Shown here in pieces: positions 20,808 to 31,118 of a stretch of 64,000 nucleotides of DNA. Made by a program: the position numbers and the translations under genes. The stretch's first letter is position 1, and every line of letters begins with the position of its first letter. The notes under the pieces were generated by a model. That model did not search any database, was not told the origin of the DNA, and was given only the letters and a program-made list of their open reading frames with translations. Source of the stretch: Candidatus Latescibacterota bacterium (GTDB taxonomy: Bacteria; Latescibacterota; UBA2968; UBA8231); NCBI GenBank assembly GCA_965206595.1, contig OZ242214.1, positions 2,528,001 through 2,592,000 on the forward strand. The letters run 5' to 3'.

Positions 20808-22121
20808 TCAACCAGCCGGCTCCGGGCCGCCATGCCGCTTGTCGATCTTGTCGCGAACCAGCTGGATGTGCAGGCGCAGGTTGTAGAGCTCGTCGGTGTA
20901 GGACAGGGGCACCTCGACCTTGGCGGCCTCCTGCTCGATGCGGTCCAGCTCCTCGAGGGCCACCCTGGATTGCCCGGTCCCGGCGTCGACGGACAACTCG
21001 ACCGCGGACAGGTCGCGGTACCAGCGGTAGATGCGGGAGCGCACCTTCCAGCGGTAGGTGGGCACGGCAATGCGGAACAGGGGCACCAGCAGGGTGACGA
21101 GGGGCAGCAGGAAAAGGGCGGAGCGCTCGACGAAGACCGCTGCCCAGAACGGCAGGTAGCGCCTGAGAAAGGAGGGGCCGCGCTCGAAGTAGCGGCGCGC
21201 GTCCTCGATCAGGGGAAAGTCGAGGTGGTCCGCGGCGGGAAACTGGCCGGGCCGTTCGAAAAAGCCGCCCTGGGCGTGGACCTGGAAAGCGGCCTGGAGC
21301 ATCAGGTCGGTCAGGGCCGGATGGAAGTCGGTGCGCACGACCAGGGTGGCCGCCGGCGCCAGCAGGGTGACTCGGCGGCCGGGGATGTTGCGCCGCAAGT
21401 CGATGGCCCCTTCGGGCAGGACGACGCTGGACAGGTAGCGGTAGCGGCTGAGGTAGGCGTCGACCCGGGAGAAGTTGAGCAGCTGGATCCCGGGGTCGGC
21501 CAGCAGCTCGGCTACCACCGGGGCCCGGGGCGAGGCCACGAAGACCGCCGCGTCGACCGACCTCTCCCGCAGGGCCTGCGCCGCCCGGGCGCCCCCGAGG
21601 TCGGACAGCCGCGTGGGAGGCTGGTGCAGGCCGTTCTCGCGCAGCAGGGTCAGGGCCAGGGCCCGGGTGCCGCTGCCCTCGGGCCCGACGGCAATGGTGC
21701 TTCCCGACAGCTCCGGGAGGCGTTCCAGGGACTCGGGGCCGCGATAGAAGACCCACAGCGGCTCGTAGTAGAGGCTGGCCAGGGAAACCAGGCCGGCCTG
21801 CGAGGTCGTATCCGCCGCCCCGGTCTGGACAAAGGCCACGTCGACCGCGGCTCCCCGCAGCAGCCGCAGATTCTCCACCGACCCGGAGGTCTCCCTCACC
21901 TCCAGCTCGACCCCTTCCCGCGCCAGCAGGCCGCGGTACTCCAGGGCGAAACGGTGGTAGGCGCCCCCGGGCATCCCGGAGGCCAGGATCAGGCGCTCGG
22001 GCGGGGCCGGCTCGACCAGTTGGAAGAGCAGGAGGAAGACCAGCCCGGAGAGCATGAGGGCCGGTCCGTAGACCTTGAGGCGGTCGCGGTTGGGGCCTTT
22101 CAGCAGGTCGGAAACGCGCAT
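20808..22121 (-). CDS. TAXI-family TRAP solute-binding protein with C-terminal membrane anchor
   Basis: GGAY, TSGSVENL, YEPLWVFYR, GPEGSGT; C-terminal hydrophobic helix. Confidence 0.85.
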   Translation of the reverse strand: MRVSDLLKGPNRDRLKVYGPALMLSGLVFLLLFQLVEPAPPERLILASGMPGGAYHRFALEYRGLLAREGVELEVRETSGSVENLRLLRGAAVDVAFVQTGAADTTSQAGLVSLASLYYEPLWVFYRGPESLERLPELSGSTIAVGPEGSGTRALALTLLRENGLHQPPTRLSDLGGARAAQALRERSVDAAVFVASPRAPVVAELLADPGIQLLNFSRVDAYLSRYRYLSSVVLPEGAIDLRRNIPGRRVTLLAPAATLVVRTDFHPALTDLMLQAAFQVHAQGGFFERPGQFPAADHLDFPLIEDARRYFERGPSFLRRYLPFWAAVFVERSALFLLPLVTLLVPLFRIAVPTYRWKVRSRIYRWYRDLSAVELSVDAGTGQSRVALEELDRIEQEAAKVEVPLSYTDELYNLRLHIQLVRDKIDKRHGGPEPAG

Positions 22122-22164
22122 CGGATGGAAGGTCGGGACAGTCAGCCTGGATTCGAGGCTGCCC

Positions 22165-23010
22165 TCACTCCTCCTCTTCCCAGGAGTCGATGCCGAGCAG
22201 CTTGCGCCCCAGCGGCGTCAGCTCGGCGGTGGTCCCTTCGCGGTGCTCCTTCCCCTTCTCGTTCTTCCCCAGGCCGGTCAGACGCTCCCGCCACCAGTGT
22301 TCGCTCTCGGCCCGCGACTCCGCGCTCGGCTCGTCCGGGGCCGGGCCCATGGTGATGTACTGGCCGACGCGGGGAACTTTTGCGCGGTTCGGACTGGCCC
22401 CGTGCGGCAGGGCGCTGTGCCAGATCACCAGGTCGCCGGCGCCCCCTGCGACGGCGACGGCCTGATCGACGAACTGCTCGCGGACCCGCTCGCGCGGCTC
22501 GGCATCCCCGGGAAGCGACTGCAGCCACTCGCGCAGCTTCAGGTGGAACCCGGGGATGCATGCGAAAGCCCCCTGGTTCGCGGCGGTATCGGTCAGGTAG
22601 AGGATTCCCTGGACGCCGATCCGCTCGGGCAGCTCCTCGATCCGCAGGTCCCAGTGCAGCCAGGGCCCCACGAAATCGTGGCCGGGCCGTTGCGGCGGGT
22701 TGATGCTGGCGCGGTCGCGGCTGACGCGCAGCTTGCGGGTGCCCAGGATCTGCGCGAAAGCCTCGTGCACGCGCGGGTGCTGGCGGTTGTCCCACAGGGC
22801 CTGGTGCTGGTAGATCTCCTTCATGATCCCGCGCGGAGGATCGCTGTACCAGGTCTCCGGATCGCCGGGGTCCATCTCGGCGAACTCCCACACTGCCTTC
22901 TCGGCGGCGCGGCAATTCTCCGGCGGCACGGCGCGGCGCGCCACCACGTAGCCGTTCTCCTCCCAGAACTCGAGGTCTTCGCTGCTCAGCACGGGTTCGG
23001 ATGTCGTCAT
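22165..23010 (-). CDS. Phytanoyl-CoA dioxygenase (PhyH) family
   Basis: FWEENGY, LHWD, IPGFH, GDLVIWHSALPHG. Confidence 0.85.
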   Translation of the reverse strand: MTTSEPVLSSEDLEFWEENGYVVARRAVPPENCRAAEKAVWEFAEMDPGDPETWYSDPPRGIMKEIYQHQALWDNRQHPRVHEAFAQILGTRKLRVSRDRASINPPQRPGHDFVGPWLHWDLRIEELPERIGVQGILYLTDTAANQGAFACIPGFHLKLREWLQSLPGDAEPRERVREQFVDQAVAVAGGAGDLVIWHSALPHGASPNRAKVPRVGQYITMGPAPDEPSAESRAESEHWWRERLTGLGKNEKGKEHREGTTAELTPLGRKLLGIDSWEEEE

Positions 23011-23053
23011 CGGTCAATCCTCCCTCCTCGGATCGAAGCGGTGTTTCATCTCT

Positions 23054-23350
23054 TCAATACTGAAGCCGCTCCCTGCAAGAATCTGAAAAACTCCACCTCC
23101 GGTACCCGGGGACGTTATAGCGCCGCAGGAACCTTCTCGGGTAGGGAGCGACGTTGCCCCCGCACCAGTTCCACCAGATGCTGTCGACCCGGATTCCGGG
23201 ATCGTCGATGAAGGTGAAGCGGCGGGAGACGATCTCCTCCACCCCGCCGGCATACTGGTCGGGATCGACCAGCAGGTGTCGAGTTGAGGACCAGCCGGCG
23301 GGGACGCTCGACCGCCTCGGCGTGGGCGTCTGAAATCTCGCAGGCGGAGC
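23054..23350 (-). pseudogene. Fragment of a hypothetical (possibly TIM-barrel glycosidase-like) gene
   Basis: Broken frames: HAEAVERPRRLVLN / EEIVSRRFTFIDDPGIRVDSIWWNWCGGNVAPYP. Confidence 0.35.
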
Positions 23351-23354
23351 CCAA

Positions 23355-24146
23355 TTACCGCGGGTTCGGGGACTGCCCGTGAGCCGCCTCGATCACCTCG
23401 CGGGCGGCGCGGTACAGGTTGGAGAAATCGACGTTGAGATTGAGCCAGCGCACCTCGAGCGACATCCAGCGGGCGTAGGTCTCGGGGGAATAGAAGGTCG
23501 AGATCCCGAGGATCCGGCCGGACCTGCCGACCTTGGCGGCGACGATCTCGACCGCTGCGACGACCTCCGGGTCCTGATGCAGTCCCAGCTTGCCGAACGA
23601 CCCGGACAGGTCGTTGAGACCGAGGCAGTAGATGTCGACCCCGGGGACCTCGAGCATCTCGTCGAGGTTGGCGACCGCGTCCCTGTGCTCGATCTGGATG
23701 GCGACGATCGGCTCGTCCCCGGTCTCGGCGAGATAGTCGGCCTGGGCGACCGCCCCGTACCCCGTCCCCCGGCGCGGTCCGTACCCCCTGACCCCGCGCG
23801 GCGGGTAGCGGCAGGCCTGCACCGCGGCTTCGGCCGCGGCCGCGGTGTTGACCTGCGGCACGATGATGCCTGCCGGCGCCAAGTCGGCGACCGGCTTGAT
23901 GACGTCGACGTCGTTCCACTGCACGCGGATGAACGGCGCCGCCCCGGTGCCGCGGTGGGCGGTCACCATGCGCAGGGCGGTCTCAATCCCTATGGCGCCG
24001 TGCTCCATGTCGATCCAAGTGAAGTCGTAGCCCGCCTCGGCGATGAGCTCGCAGATCGAGGGGTCGGCGAAGGTCACCCCCATGCCGAGCAGGGTTTCTC
24101 CTGCCTGCATGCGTTCGCGGAACCGGTGCGCGTTGTTGATGTCCAC
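23355..24146 (-). CDS. HpcH/HpaI aldolase family
   Basis: GYDFTWIDMEHG, RYPPRGVRG, IQIEH, GLNDLS. Confidence 0.9.
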   Translation of the reverse strand: MDINNAHRFRERMQAGETLLGMGVTFADPSICELIAEAGYDFTWIDMEHGAIGIETALRMVTAHRGTGAAPFIRVQWNDVDVIKPVADLAPAGIIVPQVNTAAAAEAAVQACRYPPRGVRGYGPRRGTGYGAVAQADYLAETGDEPIVAIQIEHRDAVANLDEMLEVPGVDIYCLGLNDLSGSFGKLGLHQDPEVVAAVEIVAAKVGRSGRILGISTFYSPETYARWMSLEVRWLNLNVDFSNLYRAAREVIEAAHGQSPNPR

Positions 24147-24163
24147 TTGTCGATATCCCCGCT

Positions 24164-25417
24164 TCAGCTGTCGCTGACCACCGGCGCCCGGCTGGCGCGC
24201 TCGTGGAGGTCGGCGAACTCCCTGCTGCCATCGTCGTCGAGCAGCTCCGTGCGGCATCCCCAGTCGTCGACGGGGCGGTTCCCCTTGCCGAAGAAATCCC
24301 ACTTCTGGCCCGAGTTCGCGAAGTAGACGCGGGTGCCGCCCGGCCTGACCACGCAGGTCAGCCGTCTCGGCAGGGTGTGGTCGGCCTCCTCCACCCGGTA
24401 CTTCTCGAGGGCCTCCTCGTCCAGCTCGATCCCGAGGCCCGGCTCCTCCGGCACGCGCGCGTGCCCGTCGACTACCGGCAGCCGCTCCTTGAGCAGGCTG
24501 TGCTCGTAGAGCTCGTGGCAGGTGATCGTCGGCCACTGGGCCTGTTCGAGGACGGCGCTGAGATGCAGCGACAGCGCCGTGGTCGGCGCCGCCCCGACCA
24601 TCTGCAGGAAGAAGGGCATGTTCACCGCGGCCGCGGCGGCGCCGTCGCGCATGATCCGCGACACCCCGCCCCCGAGGATCCAGCCGTCGCAGACGCCCCC
24701 CATCTCCAGTCCCTCGCGCGCCCCGATGGCGCCGTAGTGGTGGGCGACGGGCCTCTCGATCTGCGTGCGCAGGTAGCGGTTGCCGGAAGCGTCGTCCCGC
24801 GGCAGCGGGTCTTCCCAGATCTTGATCTTGGGGAAGGCGCGCTCGAGCTCCCGCAGCAGCGGCACGGCGTTGGCGGCGTTGTTGAGCATGGCGTTCCAGT
24901 CGGCGTCGATGCGGAAGTGGTCGGGAGTGACTTCGCTGATGCGGCGGATGGTCTCGCGCACGTCCCACCAGGGCCGCGTCTTGATCTTGATGCAGTTGTA
25001 ACCCAGTCCGACCGCGGTCTGCGCCTCGACAGCGTACTTCTCCGGCGACATGTCGAGGTCCCAGAAGGAGATCGCCGCCCAGTCGCGGCACTTGCTGCCG
25101 AGCAGCCTGTAGAGCGGCACCCCGGCCAGCTTCCCCGCGGCGTCGAACAGCGCCATCTGCAGCCCGGCTCCGAGCGAGTCGTCCCACATCGTCTCGAAGG
25201 GGGATCGGCCCATCACCTTCTCCTCCGCCTGCACCCTCCCCCAGGTGTAGTTCTGCACCGTCTCCCCCCAGCCGCTGATCCCGGCGTCGGTGTCGACGCG
25301 GGTGATCTCGAGCTCCGACCAGGTGTGAATGCCGGCCCGTTCCATCTCGCGGCGCACCCTGTCGACGAAGGGAACCACCAGGGTGAAGCGCTCCATGCCG
25401 GTTACTTTTGCCGTCAT
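24164..25417 (-). CDS. Enolase-superfamily enzyme with C-terminal extension
   Basis: MALFDAAGK, KIKTRPW, DWN, WEDP, PGLGIELD. Confidence 0.85.
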   Translation of the reverse strand: MTAKVTGMERFTLVVPFVDRVRREMERAGIHTWSELEITRVDTDAGISGWGETVQNYTWGRVQAEEKVMGRSPFETMWDDSLGAGLQMALFDAAGKLAGVPLYRLLGSKCRDWAAISFWDLDMSPEKYAVEAQTAVGLGYNCIKIKTRPWWDVRETIRRISEVTPDHFRIDADWNAMLNNAANAVPLLRELERAFPKIKIWEDPLPRDDASGNRYLRTQIERPVAHHYGAIGAREGLEMGGVCDGWILGGGVSRIMRDGAAAAAVNMPFFLQMVGAAPTTALSLHLSAVLEQAQWPTITCHELYEHSLLKERLPVVDGHARVPEEPGLGIELDEEALEKYRVEEADHTLPRRLTCVVRPGGTRVYFANSGQKWDFFGKGNRPVDDWGCRTELLDDDGSREFADLHERASRAPVVSDS

Positions 25418-25577
25418 CGTCTCCGTCCTGTCTCGGTACTGGATGGGCTGAATCGGCACCCCCGGGCGCCGGCTTCCCAAGGCGCCGCAGCGAGTCTCAG
25501 GGGATGGGGTCGGCCAGCGAGGGCAACGCCACGGAACGGAGCCGGGATCTTCGTGCCACAGGTAATGGATGCTGCCG

Positions 25578-26366
25578 TCATCTGCGCACCGACGGGGCCC
25601 GCATGACCGCCTGCTGCTCTTCGGTCATGTCCCGGATGTAGTCGGGGTAGGTGATGGTGTGGGCGCCGCCGCTGTAGGCCTGGAAGCCTGGGCTGAACTT
25701 GTAGAGGAGGGCCCGCCGCTGGTGGGCCGCCGTCCAGGGCAGGGTTCCGTGGGTCAGGGTCTCGGTGAAGACGACCGCGTCCCCCGCTTTGGCGTTCACC
25801 TCCAGCACGTGCTCCTGGTGCCGGTGCCAGAACTTCATTGCCTGCGGGCAGGGCAGATTCGACTTGTGGCTTCCGGGAATCACCGCCACGCCCCCGTCCC
25901 CCTGGCCTTCGTCGGCGAACAGGTACTCGACCACGGTCAGCCCGGTGTAGATGCGGCCGTCCTTGAAGAAGTAGGCCTCCGAGAAGTTGGGACGCTCGAC
26001 TCCGCCCCCGTGCAGCACCCCGCCCTCGCAGCCGGCGTTCATGGCGATCAGGCCCGGCCCGTGATCGAGGCGGTACCCCTCTCCGAGAATTCCCTCGAGA
26101 TACGGCTTGACTCCCGGATGCAGGAGCAGCTCCCGGAACAGCTCGCACCAGGGACGCTCCCAGGCCAGCATCCCGCCCAGGTCGAGGCGCCTCGACGTGC
26201 CCTGCAGGGCGACCGATTCCCCGGCCAGGGAACGGTCGATCTCCTTCATGCGGCCGGCGTTGCGGTCGATGGCCTCGTTGCCGCGGCGGACCTCCCCGGG
26301 CGACAGCACTTGCGGCAGCACGAGGAAGCCGTTGAGGTCGAACAGGTATTTCTCTTCGTCGTTCAT
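25578..26366 (-). CDS. Phytanoyl-CoA dioxygenase family
   Basis: YLFDLNGF, LHGG, IPGSHK, GDAVVFTETLTHGT. Confidence 0.85.
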   Translation of the reverse strand: MNDEEKYLFDLNGFLVLPQVLSPGEVRRGNEAIDRNAGRMKEIDRSLAGESVALQGTSRRLDLGGMLAWERPWCELFRELLLHPGVKPYLEGILGEGYRLDHGPGLIAMNAGCEGGVLHGGGVERPNFSEAYFFKDGRIYTGLTVVEYLFADEGQGDGGVAVIPGSHKSNLPCPQAMKFWHRHQEHVLEVNAKAGDAVVFTETLTHGTLPWTAAHQRRALLYKFSPGFQAYSGGAHTITYPDYIRDMTEEQQAVMRAPSVRR

Positions 26367-26548
26367 TCGCGGTCACTCCCTGCCAGCCCGTTGAAATAGT
26401 CCATCGGGGCTGCGGCCTTACAGAGCAACTTTGTCAACGGGCTGCTAACCCGGGCAGGACGATCGGTGCCGAGCATTTGCCTTGGCGGCCGGCGGCGAAA
26501 CCGGCCTATACTTGCACCGATTCCAGCACCGCAACGGGGAGACAAAGT

Positions 26549-27811
26549 ATGACCGGATCGAATTCACAGACAGTTCTGATACGGCCCGGACTGCTCGCCG
26601 ACGGCCTCGGCGGCAGCGCCCGATCCGGGGAGTCGGTCCTCGTGCGGGACGGCCTCATCGCCGCGGTCGGACCGGCGGAAGCGGTCGACAAGGAGGCACC
26701 GCCCGGTACCCCGGCGATTGACCTGCCCGGCTGCTGCCTCACCCCCGGACTGATCGACGGCCACACCCACCTCAGCCTCGCCGGGGACGGCCGCGCCTAC
26801 GACGAGATCTTCCCCGAAAGCGACGAGACCATGGTGCTGATCGGGGCCATGAACATGCGCCGGCACCTGCGCGCAGGCATCACCACCCTGCGCGAGCACG
26901 GGGCCCGCAACAGGATCGGCTTCACCCTGAAGGAAGGACTGCGGCTGGGGTACATCCCGGGGCCGCGAATGCTGGTCAGCGGCCGTCCGATCACCTGCAC
27001 GGGGGGCCACTTCCACATGTGCAACGAAATCGCCGACGGCGAGGAGGAGATCCGCCGCTCGGTGCGGCGACTGGTGCACGAGGGGGCCGACTACATCAAG
27101 GTGATGGCCTCCGGCGGGGGGACGACCGGCACCATCCCCGGGATCGCCACCTACTCGACCCGGGAGCTGCAGGCCCTGGTCGGAGAGGCGCGCCAGTTTC
27201 ACCGTCTCACCGCGGCCCACTGCCGCGCCAAGGAGTCGATGGTGAGGGCCGTCGAGGCCGGCATCGACCTGATCGAGCACGTCGAGTTCCTCGACCCGGA
27301 CCACGAGATGCGTTTCGACCCCAAGGTCGCCGAGATGCTGGCGGAGTCCGGGATCTGGCTCAGCCCCACCCTGCAGGCCTGGACCAACTACCCGGTGATG
27401 GTGGCCCTGCGCCGGCGGCGCGGCGAGGGGGACTTCGGCGCCGAGGAAGAGGCCGCCCTCGCCCATCTCGAGCAGCGGGCGGAGAAGCGCCTCGATCTGA
27501 TGCGTCGGATGCTCGACTACTGCCTGAAGGAACGGCTCGTTCCGGGCACGGACTCGGGTGTGGGGAATCTTGCGTTCGGCCACATCGACTACGACCTGCA
27601 GCTGCTGGTCGAATGCGGCTTCACCCCGGCCGAGGCCCTGATCTCCGCGACCCGGATCTCCGCGGAGGCTGCGGGCATCGCCGGACAGGTCGGGACCATC
27701 GAGGTCGGAAAGGAAGCCGACCTGACCGCTTTCGGCGGGGACCCGACCGCGGACGTCGCCGCCTTCAGCGACGTCAGGGCGGTGTTCCAAGCCGGGGTGC
27801 GGGTCCGGTAA
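26549..27811 (+). CDS. Metal-dependent amidohydrolase
   Basis: PGLIDGHTH, GADYIK, AAHC, IEH, GTDSG, GKEADL. Confidence 0.9.
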   Translation: MTGSNSQTVLIRPGLLADGLGGSARSGESVLVRDGLIAAVGPAEAVDKEAPPGTPAIDLPGCCLTPGLIDGHTHLSLAGDGRAYDEIFPESDETMVLIGAMNMRRHLRAGITTLREHGARNRIGFTLKEGLRLGYIPGPRMLVSGRPITCTGGHFHMCNEIADGEEEIRRSVRRLVHEGADYIKVMASGGGTTGTIPGIATYSTRELQALVGEARQFHRLTAAHCRAKESMVRAVEAGIDLIEHVEFLDPDHEMRFDPKVAEMLAESGIWLSPTLQAWTNYPVMVALRRRRGEGDFGAEEEAALAHLEQRAEKRLDLMRRMLDYCLKERLVPGTDSGVGNLAFGHIDYDLQLLVECGFTPAEALISATRISAEAAGIAGQVGTIEVGKEADLTAFGGDPTADVAAFSDVRAVFQAGVRVR

Positions 27812-27898
27812 GGACCGCGCCTGTAGTACCTCCGCTACACCGCCCTTGAGGGGCTGCGACTTTCAGGCCGGGACGGGGGCCCCGGGATTGGGGTAAAC

Positions 27899-28106
27899 TG
27901 CCCTGGGGCGGCCGTCACCGGCGATCCGGTCGACCGCCAGGAACCGGGTGCCGCCCAAAGGCCTGAGCACGGGAACTACCCCGCAAGGGGCAGTCGCCGA
28001 CCGGAGCCTTCTCAATGAAGGGGGCCCCAAGAACCGCCCGGTAACGCCTGGTGCCGGCGATGGGAACCCGCGCGAAGGGAACGCAGGGGCACCTTCCATA
28101 CAGGTG
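27899..28106. ncRNA. Candidate structured non-coding RNA
   Basis: Nested complementary segments and a CCCC-GCAA-GGGG hairpin in a 330-bp gap between convergent genes. Confidence 0.35.
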
Positions 28107-28141
28107 ACGCGGAAGAAGCCCGGGGCAAGGGCGCTCCCCCA

Positions 28142-29728
28142 CTAATCGGAGGCGTGCTCATAGGGACCGAGATCGTCGTCGACGAAGGAGCGGTGGTAGT
28201 TCCTGCCCATCAGGTAGCGCGTCTCCAGCTCGACGTCCCGCACCGTCACCGGCATGGTCACCGCCTTGTCGCGCTCGTGCAGCTTCACCTCGATCTCGTT
28301 GCTGCCCTGGACCGGCCAGTGCTCCTCCTGCAGCCGGAACACGAACCAGTAGGCCGACCCGGCGCGGTAGCGGGGGCGGCTCATCCGGTACATCTCGTTG
28401 ATCCGGCGCTGACAGCTCTCCGGCAGCTGCTTCCCGTTGAGATGGAAGCTGACCCGGTCGAGCTCGGTGGTCGACATCAGGCGGAAACGCAGAATCACCT
28501 CGTGCACCCTGCCGGCCGCCGCCCAGCGCCGCAGATCGTCGCTGACCCTCAGGTGCACGGCCGCGCTCTCCCCCTCCTGCAGTTCCTTCGGCAGCTCCAT
28601 CTCGACACCCGGCTCCAACTGCGGTTCCGGGTAGCGGCCTGTCATGGTCGGCGCGAAGTAGAACTTGTCCCTAGGAGCCATGATGTCCGGGTGGGGGAGC
28701 TCGCGCAGGCGCTCGTAGAAATCGGCCCCGTACGGCCACAGGTTGAACCAGTGCGCCAGGTAGAGGCCGTCGACCCCCTGGTCCCAGTAGTTGGTGGCGC
28801 AGGCCCGCGTCATCGAGACCGGGCCCTCCCCGAGGCGGTCGGAGTCGACATGCGACTGGATGGCGCCGATCACCTTGCAGCCCGAGCCGCGTGCCGCCTG
28901 GACCAGCTCCGTGTAGTCGGCGTTGGTGTTTATCAGCTCCGGGCCGGAGAAGGTCTGCGCCACCAGGGCGTCGACGATCCCCTCGTCGATCCAGGCCTTC
29001 ACGTCCATGCCGACCCCGTTGCATCCCTCGATGCTCGCCGGGATGCGGATGACGAGATGGCGCTCGGGCCCGCTTGCCTTGACCTCTTCGTACACCCGCC
29101 GGATCCAGGCGCTCAGGACCGGCTTGCCCTCCTCCACCTCGTCCGGGTGGAAGTAGTGGGGCGTGTAGTTCATCTGCAGCTCGAAGCCGTCGCCGTCGTA
29201 TTTGCGCAGTGTCTCCGCGATCAGGGCGAAACGCTCCTCGCGCACCTCCTCGTGCATGAAGTCGAGGCAGGTGGCGTACGGCAGCTCCCCGGTTCCGGGT
29301 TTGGCGCCGATCTCGAGGTGGGTGTTGTCGAAGCGGAAGTTCGAGCAGCGGGTGTCGCTCTCCCGGTCGCCGCGTCCCTGCTGCACCAGCAGCGTCGGGT
29401 AGAAGGCGATCCCCTTCTCGCGGGCCCGCTCCGAGACGACGCGCAGCGGATCGTGCCCGGCGTCGATCAGGGCGCGGGCGTTCTGGTGCGCGCGCCGGAA
29501 GATCTCGTGAGACCATTTCTCCATGTTGTGGCCCCACAGCTCCCCGACCTCGGTGTCGTGGAGCACGGTGCGGCCGTCCCCCAGGCAGAACATGATGGCG
29601 TCGACCGGGGTGCCTGCGAGCTCGTCCACCGCCTGCTCGTACTCCTCCTTCTGCATCGGCGGCTCGTACATGTAGATGAGGGGATGCCTGCCGTCGTGGT
29701 AGAACATGATGCGGGGTATGTCAGCCAT
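28142..29728 (-). CDS. Hypothetical glycoside hydrolase-like TIM-barrel protein
   Basis: MFYHDGRH...GHDPL...LDFMHEEVRE...DGFEL...GVDGLY. Confidence 0.6.
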   Translation of the reverse strand: MADIPRIMFYHDGRHPLIYMYEPPMQKEEYEQAVDELAGTPVDAIMFCLGDGRTVLHDTEVGELWGHNMEKWSHEIFRRAHQNARALIDAGHDPLRVVSERAREKGIAFYPTLLVQQGRGDRESDTRCSNFRFDNTHLEIGAKPGTGELPYATCLDFMHEEVREERFALIAETLRKYDGDGFELQMNYTPHYFHPDEVEEGKPVLSAWIRRVYEEVKASGPERHLVIRIPASIEGCNGVGMDVKAWIDEGIVDALVAQTFSGPELINTNADYTELVQAARGSGCKVIGAIQSHVDSDRLGEGPVSMTRACATNYWDQGVDGLYLAHWFNLWPYGADFYERLRELPHPDIMAPRDKFYFAPTMTGRYPEPQLEPGVEMELPKELQEGESAAVHLRVSDDLRRWAAAGRVHEVILRFRLMSTTELDRVSFHLNGKQLPESCQRRINEMYRMSRPRYRAGSAYWFVFRLQEEHWPVQGSNEIEVKLHERDKAVTMPVTVRDVELETRYLMGRNYHRSFVDDDLGPYEHASD

Positions 29729-29929
29729 CGGTATGCCTCCAATTCGGATCAATTGATGGAAAGAGTTGCCGATTCGTCGCCGCGAGATGCTGCCGGCGGG
29801 GTTTCAAGCTGTCCAACGGTATCGTCTTGACGTTAGCCTGGAGCGACCGGTCGCGGCAACCGGTGATGCACCCTTATACCTGGTGCCGAGCGGTCGGCAG
29901 GCCATCGGGCGCCACCGCCGGCCGTTCAG

Positions 29930-31027
29930 CTACCTGAACCAGTCGTAGTGCAGCCCGAGGCTGCGGTCGGGAAGCGGCAGCTCGACCTTCCCGCCGCCCC
30001 GGGCCGACGACTCCTTGAGGGCGACCTCGACCTCGAGCGCGATCCCCACCCGGCGGCCCGAGTTCTTGGGCTCGTCGAGGTCTCCTGCAATGCACCTCAT
30101 CACGTCGTCGACGCAGTAGACGGCCCCGTACGGAAGGTTGAACTGCGGCTTCGGCCACGGTACCGGCACCCGGCCCTTGGCGCCCTCGATCTCGATGTCC
30201 TGGAACAGCTGCCAGCCGTCGCCGAAGTCGAAGGTCATCTCCCCGCTGCTGCCGGTCAGGCGCACGCCGGGAGCGCCGTGGCGGAAGTGCATCGCGTGCC
30301 CGCCTTCGGCCCAGGCCATCCCCTGCCCCTGAAACTCGCTGCTGCCGGATTCGCGCCGGGGTCCGTCGCCGCTGCCGACCACCCAGTCGGGAAGCCGGTC
30401 GAGGAAGTAGGACCAGTTCTGGTGCTGCGCCCCGGCGCCGCCGGCCTCGATCGACTGCAATTCGCCGATGGCCCCTTCGTGCAGCAGACGCTTGGCGACC
30501 GCGAACGACGGATGGGTGGTGGTGATCGAGCCGCAGTTCAGGGGCACGCCGGCCGCGGCGCAGGTTCCGACCATGCGGTCGACCTCCTCGAGGGTGTGGG
30601 CCATCGGCTTCTCGGTGACGATCCCCCTGGCTCCGCACTCGACCGCGAGACGGGTGAGGTCGGCGCGGTGCCGGGTGTTCGTCGCCACGGCGACGATCTC
30701 CGGCTTCACCTCCCGCAGCATGGCCTCGGCATCGGTGTAGACCGCGTCGATGCCGTAGCGCTCGCTGAAGGCATCCAGCCTTTTGGTGTCCCTGTCGGCC
30801 GCGGCGACCAGCTCGGTGTCCGGTCGGCTCCACAGCGCCTCGGAGTACGAGGTCGGGTTGCCCTCGTCCCCGGGGTGATCGTGGTGATGGAAGCGGCGGT
30901 GGACGTCGAGCTCCGGGGTCGGCCTGTCGCTGTCCTCGATCTCGAAGCGGTCGCCGATGCGATGAGCGAGGTCGTAGAGCAGCCCCATCCAGCCCAGGCC
31001 GATGACCGCGGCGCTGTAGTTTGCCAT
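29930..31027 (-). CDS. Gfo/Idh/MocA oxidoreductase
   Basis: VIGLGWMG, VAVAT...H, EKPMA. Confidence 0.85.
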   Translation of the reverse strand: MANYSAAVIGLGWMGLLYDLAHRIGDRFEIEDSDRPTPELDVHRRFHHHDHPGDEGNPTSYSEALWSRPDTELVAAADRDTKRLDAFSERYGIDAVYTDAEAMLREVKPEIVAVATNTRHRADLTRLAVECGARGIVTEKPMAHTLEEVDRMVGTCAAAGVPLNCGSITTTHPSFAVAKRLLHEGAIGELQSIEAGGAGAQHQNWSYFLDRLPDWVVGSGDGPRRESGSSEFQGQGMAWAEGGHAMHFRHGAPGVRLTGSSGEMTFDFGDGWQLFQDIEIEGAKGRVPVPWPKPQFNLPYGAVYCVDDVMRCIAGDLDEPKNSGRRVGIALEVEVALKESSARGGGKVELPLPDRSLGLHYDWFR

Positions 31028-31118
31028 GTCGTCCTCTCCTGTCGGTGTTGGAATTCGATGTGAGATTGAGCCGGGGATCAGGCCGCGCCCCTGGGCGCGA
31101 AACCGCGATTGCAGGCGC

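Noticed and set aside
23355-25187. 610-aa ORF
   Set aside because: Only the last ~263 aa (aldolase) are real; the rest overlaps the enolase gene out of frame.
28040-28052. GGTAACGCCTGG resembling RNase P RNA
   Set aside because: The conserved GAGGAAAGTCC and other core elements are absent.
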